A DNA stretch of 30,570 nucleotides from Pseudomonadota bacterium (GTDB lineage Bacteria; Bdellovibrionota; FAC87; UBA2466): positions 1 through 30,570 of the forward strand of contig JAYSWN010000099.1 of assembly GCA_043718025.1 (NCBI GenBank), in the 5' to 3' direction. Shown here piece after piece: positions 26,276 to 30,570 of the stretch; position 1 is the stretch's first letter, and every line of letters begins with the position of its first letter. The notes below the pieces were generated by a model, which did not search any database, was not told where the DNA came from, and saw nothing but the letters and a program-made list of their open reading frames with translations. Made by a program: the position numbers and the translations under genes.

Positions 26276-27970
26276 TTAAAGGGGCGTTCTTTTCAAAAGT
26301 GTGTAATTTTCTCTCTCTAGAATTGGCGAGAATCCGTGTTTTGTAAGTTCGACCATTACGTCGGGCGAGGGGTTGTTCTTCTGAAGGTTGATATAGCCGC
26401 TAGAGTAATAGAGTTTTTTGTATAGGAAGAAGTAATGATTTTCCCGCGGTCGGGAGAGAATCTTTAGTCGGCTTCGTTCCAGCCCTTCAGGCGTGCCAAT
26501 CACCCATCCGGAGCTCGCCGCGTTTCGGAAGGAACCGTGTAGTAGACCGCCTTGAAAAGTATAGAAAGTAATCCACGCGCCGTCTGGAATGTGTTCGGTA
26601 AGATCGGTGGCAATCCCCTCTAGGAAGCGCCCTTTTTCTGGAGTGGTAAATAGCCAACGGTAGGGCCCTTTTGTAATTTGATGGGTAAGCAGAGCGTATT
26701 TATCATCATAAAAAAAGGTGCCAAAGAGAGTTCCTTTGGCGAGTGCGACTAAACTTACTAGGGCAAACGCTACGTTACTTATTTTTTTTAGAGCATCGTT
26801 GGGCAGTTTTTGCGTAACGATTTCTAACCATTCGCCCAACCAAAGCAACGCCAGGAAAAGACACGGTAAAAGTCCTAATCCGACATTGCTCAAACCCGAT
26901 GTGCTACTCAAAGCGGAAATCAAACCCAAAGGTAAGCAGGGTAACCAAACCCACATCGCTATTGAATAACGATCTCTCATCGGCCGGAGTAACAGTAGCA
27001 CGGGAAAAGAAAGCGCCGCTCTCACTGAAAGATCGTAAGCGAAGTAGATGCTGCCGAAGTAGGGGCGAGTGCTAATTAGCGCTGCGAAGCCAACGGCAAC
27101 CAAGCCCGCGACGTAGCGCGAAAAATGGCGAGGGTACCGGCGTTGAAAAAAAAATGAGATACCGGCAAGAAAGAGGGCACAAGGAAGTACGGAACGCAGT
27201 CCCACAATCGGTAAGAGCCTTTTGACGAGGGTCCATACTCTAATGGGTGTAAAGGCCTCGCCTTGTCCGTTGAATCCAAGGAGGGTGTTCAAAAAAGTTG
27301 GCACGCCGGCGAAGGCGATAATCAGGATAATGAGTAGCAACAAGGGAGTGACACCCAAAAGCATGTTTTTTAGAAGCGGCCATCGTGGGGCGGGCAAGGT
27401 CAACCACCAAACGATGCAGAATGGCACGAGGACCACGCCGTAGCCCGGATAACACCAGCAGGATAGACTTAGAAACAAGGAGAGTCGCCAAGCGAACCGT
27501 AATGGCTCGGTGCGGCCGCGCCATCCCGACCAGAGTCCCAAAAGAAGAAAAAGGACCCCGAGACTGTTGTAGCTTAGGCCCATGAGGTTAACTGGAATAG
27601 CCGGAATCCAACCGAGCGTAGCTAACCAAAGAGCATTCTCCGAAAAACCGCGCGGAAATTTAGACGACTTTCTTAGGCTTAATACTAAATAGAACGCGCC
27701 GCCTGCCCACACTGCCAAAAAAAGGATTCGTGCAAAGAGCATTATCCCTTCATGACTCGGGAAAAGGAGCAGATACAATTTAAAGATGGGGACTAGCAGT
27801 AACCCGGCCAATTGCAGCACGCTGGTCTCATCAACGAAGGGGATGGCGCCCATTGCAGTCTGAAGCGGGATGGTTATGTAGGCGGACTCATCGCTGAAAT
27901 CCACCGCGAAGAAAAGCCGGTAAATCAAGAAAACAACGGTGGTAGCAAAAGCTGTCTTGGGAAGGTTCAT
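26276..27970 (-). CDS. Polytopic membrane protein, probable GT-C-fold glycosyltransferase
   Basis: TM1 followed by an acidic loop motif DFSDESAY, about 11-13 hydrophobic segments, soluble C-terminal domain; directly downstream of a GtrB/ArnC-like GT2. Confidence 0.65.
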   Translation of the reverse strand: MNLPKTAFATTVVFLIYRLFFAVDFSDESAYITIPLQTAMGAIPFVDETSVLQLAGLLLVPIFKLYLLLFPSHEGIMLFARILFLAVWAGGAFYLVLSLRKSSKFPRGFSENALWLATLGWIPAIPVNLMGLSYNSLGVLFLLLGLWSGWRGRTEPLRFAWRLSLFLSLSCWCYPGYGVVLVPFCIVWWLTLPAPRWPLLKNMLLGVTPLLLLIILIIAFAGVPTFLNTLLGFNGQGEAFTPIRVWTLVKRLLPIVGLRSVLPCALFLAGISFFFQRRYPRHFSRYVAGLVAVGFAALISTRPYFGSIYFAYDLSVRAALSFPVLLLLRPMRDRYSIAMWVWLPCLPLGLISALSSTSGLSNVGLGLLPCLFLALLWLGEWLEIVTQKLPNDALKKISNVAFALVSLVALAKGTLFGTFFYDDKYALLTHQITKGPYRWLFTTPEKGRFLEGIATDLTEHIPDGAWITFYTFQGGLLHGSFRNAASSGWVIGTPEGLERSRLKILSRPRENHYFFLYKKLYYSSGYINLQKNNPSPDVMVELTKHGFSPILERENYTLLKRTPL

Positions 27971-28001
27971 AGGTGAAGGCAGAGGTAGAAAGAAAGTAAG
28001 G

Positions 28002-28979
28002 TTAGCATGCTACGTTGCGGGCGAGGTTCGATTGCGAAGGATTAGAGGTCCATTCAATCAAATAACGGGGACGGCGCCGAGATTCGTCCAAAGCCCGCCA
28101 AATGTACTCACCAAGAATTCCCATCATCGCCATTTGGATTCCGCTAACGAGCAAGATTACAATCATTAACGAAGACCAGCCCTGAATGGGATTGCCTAAA
28201 AATGCATTCCAAAAAACCAGAACGGCATAGCAAAAACCAAGCGTCGCGATGCACAATCCCACCAGCGACATAGCTCGCAATGGCAGATAAGTAAAAGAAG
28301 CGATCGAATCGATGAGTAGCTTCATTTTCTTACTTAGGGTCCAACCGGAAACTCCGCTTCTTCTGGCACTTTTCGCGTAGGGAATGAACTTTTGGCGGAA
28401 GCCTACCCACGTCAGTAGTGCGAGAATGCTGACGTTTGATTCGGAGAACTTTTTTACGGCATCAACTACCATGCGATCGATTAGAAAACAGTCGGATCCC
28501 GTTGCGGGCATGTTCTCAATCTTGCAGATATGTCGCATTACCCAATAATATAGTTTGGAGAATTGCAAGGTAGAGGCTGACTCACCCTCTCTTGCCTCGC
28601 GAACCGCCCACACCACTTGGGCTCCCTGCCGCCATTCTGATACGAGCCGGGAAACTATTTTCGGCGGGTCCTGCAAATCGCCGGCAATTAGGATCGCGCA
28701 GTTGCCCCGGCTTTCGTCGAGTCCGCAAGCGATGGCGTTGTGGGAACCTGAGTTGCGGGAGAGGCGGAAGGCGCGCACGCGCGGGTCATTTGCCGTAAGC
28801 AGTTCGAGCACTCGTTGAGTTTCATCGGTAGAGTGATCGTCAACCACGACCCACTCCCAATCTAACTCAGCATGAGCGAGCTCCTTTTTGAACTCTTCAT
28901 AGAGTGCCGCGAGGTTTTCCCCTTCATTGAAGGCGGGAGTCACGATGCTTATCAATGTTTCTTGGCCGGCGCGTTTCAT
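28002..28979 (-). CDS. GT2 polyprenyl-phosphate glycosyltransferase (GtrB/ArnC/DPM1-like)
   Basis: SIVTPAFNE, VVDDHSTD, LSRNSG, GDLQDPP, two C-terminal TM helices, GILGEYIWR...RRPRY. Confidence 0.93.
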   Translation of the reverse strand: MKRAGQETLISIVTPAFNEGENLAALYEEFKKELAHAELDWEWVVVDDHSTDETQRVLELLTANDPRVRAFRLSRNSGSHNAIACGLDESRGNCAILIAGDLQDPPKIVSRLVSEWRQGAQVVWAVREAREGESASTLQFSKLYYWVMRHICKIENMPATGSDCFLIDRMVVDAVKKFSESNVSILALLTWVGFRQKFIPYAKSARRSGVSGWTLSKKMKLLIDSIASFTYLPLRAMSLVGLCIATLGFCYAVLVFWNAFLGNPIQGWSSLMIVILLVSGIQMAMMGILGEYIWRALDESRRRPRYLIEWTSNPSQSNLARNVAC

Positions 28980-29443
28980 GCTTTATCTTTCCATTGCGCG
29001 ATATCGGCTTTCAGACTTTTGATGACCTTCGCCGGAATACCCGCAACCAGAGAATAGGGAGGAATTTTTGTGTCTTCCAGAACAACTGCGCCGGCGGCAA
29101 TAATGCTGTGATGCCCAACATGGCAACCCATCAGAATTACCGCGTTCGTGCCCACGAAAACAAAATCTTCCACTACGGTCGGCCGAGTCTCCATGGGTTG
29201 TTTTCTTTCGGAAACACAACGCCGCGCAGTTGAGTGCGTTAGAATTTGCACTCCGGATGAAATATCGCATCCCATTCCGATTGTAAGCCCACCCAATCCG
29301 TCGATTAGAGTGAAGGCTCCTATCCAAGTTCGTTCGCCTATGCTGGGATTTCCTACGATCCAGGCGTGCGGATTGTAGGGATTGGGAGGAAGCCCATGAT
29401 CGGCCGGCAAGTCGATTGCCGGCGATGGTTTTGATTTCGGCAT
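28976..29443 (-). CDS. Hexapeptide-repeat acyltransferase
   Basis: IGERTWIG, IDGLGGLTIG, VQILTH, IIAAGAVV, VAGIPAK; stop overlaps the GT2 start (ATGA). The track's TTG start at 29515 is the -35 box, so ATG 29443 is used. Confidence 0.88.
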   Translation of the reverse strand: MPKSKPSPAIDLPADHGLPPNPYNPHAWIVGNPSIGERTWIGAFTLIDGLGGLTIGMGCDISSGVQILTHSTARRCVSERKQPMETRPTVVEDFVFVGTNAVILMGCHVGHHSIIAAGAVVLEDTKIPPYSLVAGIPAKVIKSLKADIAQWKDKA

Positions 29444-29486
29444 AGAGTTTTTAGGATAAAGGGAATAAGGCAAACGTCTCCCGTTG

Positions 29487-29515
29487 ATTATACTGTATCG
29501 CGTAATCGCTGCCAA
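29487..29515 (-). promoter_or_regulatory. Sigma70 promoter of the acyltransferase-GT2-GT-C operon
   Basis: TTGGCA(29515-29510)-N17-TATAAT(29492-29487). Confidence 0.75.
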
Positions 29516-29621
29516 TTTTCATTCCCGATTGGGACTGTCCCAGCCCCAATAATTTACGCGGCGCCGAATGAATTTATTTCTAGAAAGATCAGGGGTATAA
29601 ACAGCGACGGTGTGCAGTGAA

Positions 29622-30338
29622 TCAATCGCAATAAACGTTGATGCCACAAATTTCTAAATTTTTTTCGTCTGCCATTTGGTTGAGGAAGGCTTGGCTTTCG
29701 GGGGAGTCGAGGCGGGCATTGTAATTTGTGTCTTTTATGTTTCCCTTCGAATTGATTCCCAACAACACTAAACTGCCACGCTCTTCGGTCATTGCGGGTC
29801 CGCCCGAGTCGCCGTAGCACAAAGCGCCGCCACCGGCCTTTTTAGAAACGAAATCGTAATTGGAAAAGCCGGTGATTTGCGAATCTCCCCTGCGGAGAAT
29901 GCCATCGTTGCCACCGGTTCCGCCCACCTGGGTGCAACCGTAGCCCAAGATCGTAAGTGAGGTCCCTTTTTCAGCGATTCCACCGATGGAAACCGGCCAG
30001 ATTTCTCCCGGTAGGTTTTCTGAAACCACGCCAAGGTTAATATCGTGGTCTTTCCCTGGATAAAGAGGGCTCCGCGTCATTTTTGCTCTATACGTTTTCC
30101 CGCCGAGTTTGAATGTAGATTCGGCGTTAGTTGCCGCACAATGGGCGGCAGTAATGATGACATTTCTGCCTACTATCGTGGCGGTACAGCCCGAACCGTT
30201 AGTGTTAATTCGTACCACTTGCGGGAAGGTTCCGGCTTTCACCGGAACTCCATTAATGAGCCTGTTTTGGCCGAACGTGACTGACGAAAGGCAAAGCGCG
30301 AAAGCAATGGCGCTTGGCGAAGCGACGAACGTTTTCAT
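29622..30338 (-). CDS. Secreted S1-family (trypsin-fold) serine protease
   Basis: Signal peptide, R|LING mature N-terminus, TAAHC, DIN, CYGDSGGP; SD GGAGG. Confidence 0.93.
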   Translation of the reverse strand: MKTFVASPSAIAFALCLSSVTFGQNRLINGVPVKAGTFPQVVRINTNGSGCTATIVGRNVIITAAHCAATNAESTFKLGGKTYRAKMTRSPLYPGKDHDINLGVVSENLPGEIWPVSIGGIAEKGTSLTILGYGCTQVGGTGGNDGILRRGDSQITGFSNYDFVSKKAGGGALCYGDSGGPAMTEERGSLVLLGINSKGNIKDTNYNARLDSPESQAFLNQMADEKNLEICGINVYCD

Positions 30339-30379
30339 GAAAAACCTCCGCGAGCTAGACGTGTGACTCTCTAATATTA

Positions 30380-30407
30380 GAATCGGAGTTTTTCGCGAAA
30401 GGCTTAG
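30380..30407 (-). promoter_or_regulatory. Putative sigma28 (FliA) promoter of the protease gene
   Basis: CTAAG-N15-TCCGATTC against consensus TAAA-N15-GCCGATAA, about 40 nt upstream of the ATG. Confidence 0.55.
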
Positions 30408-30475
30408 GCAATAAGGGTTTTCGGCTTAACAGAAGTTAGTTGTAGTTCTTTGACCGGTTCATAAGCGGCTAGTTA

Positions 30476-30567
30476 GTTCCTGTCGGGAAATGAAAATATC
30501 CGCCCGAAGGGCGGTCCTAAATTTCTTCCCGACCGGAACGTGTCCTGAGGCGCAGCCGAAGGATCTC
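30476..30567. repeat. Palindromic, REP-like element near the window edge
   Basis: Long imperfect stem-loop at 30476-30539 followed by TCCTGAGGCGCAGCCGAAGGATCTC. Confidence 0.4.
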
Positions 30568-30570
30568 GTT

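Noticed and set aside
938..30366. Many 60-200 aa ORFs antisense to or out of frame within long genes
   Set aside because: Shadow ORFs of well-supported genes; no recognisable motifs or translation signals.
1..30570. CRISPR array, prophage, transposase, rRNA or tRNA genes
   Set aside because: No regularly spaced repeats or such motifs; nearly all sequence is covered by the listed CDSs.

Overview
Gene-dense bacterial chromosomal window. The gene repertoire suggests Bdellovibrionota or a related deltaproteobacterial lineage (inference). Left half: a partial, degenerate archease-like gene missing from the ORF track; a PocR-sensor sigma54 enhancer-binding protein; uvrA; an mtgA-TVP38/DedA-amidohydrolase lipoprotein operon; rpsA-sppA; a small lipoprotein; and an acyl-CoA dehydrogenase-ffh-rpsP-rimM-trmD run ending in an internally deleted, C-terminally truncated HPPD-like gene where rplS usually lies. 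Upstream of that run is a candidate standalone ~170-nt structured small RNA with its own promoter, C-rich loops and terminator. Right half: a membrane protein, a C45 Ntn-hydrolase, a nine-gene amino-sugar locus in four alternating transcription units (2 Gfo/Idh/MocA oxidoreductases, 2 DegT aminotransferases, 2 hexapeptide acyltransferases, an epimerase, a GtrB/ArnC-like GT2 and a GT-C-like membrane protein), a secreted S1 protease with a sigma28-type promoter, and a palindromic element at the edge. No rRNA, tRNA, CRISPR array or transposase was seen. All calls come from reading motifs by eye; no searches or folding programs were run.
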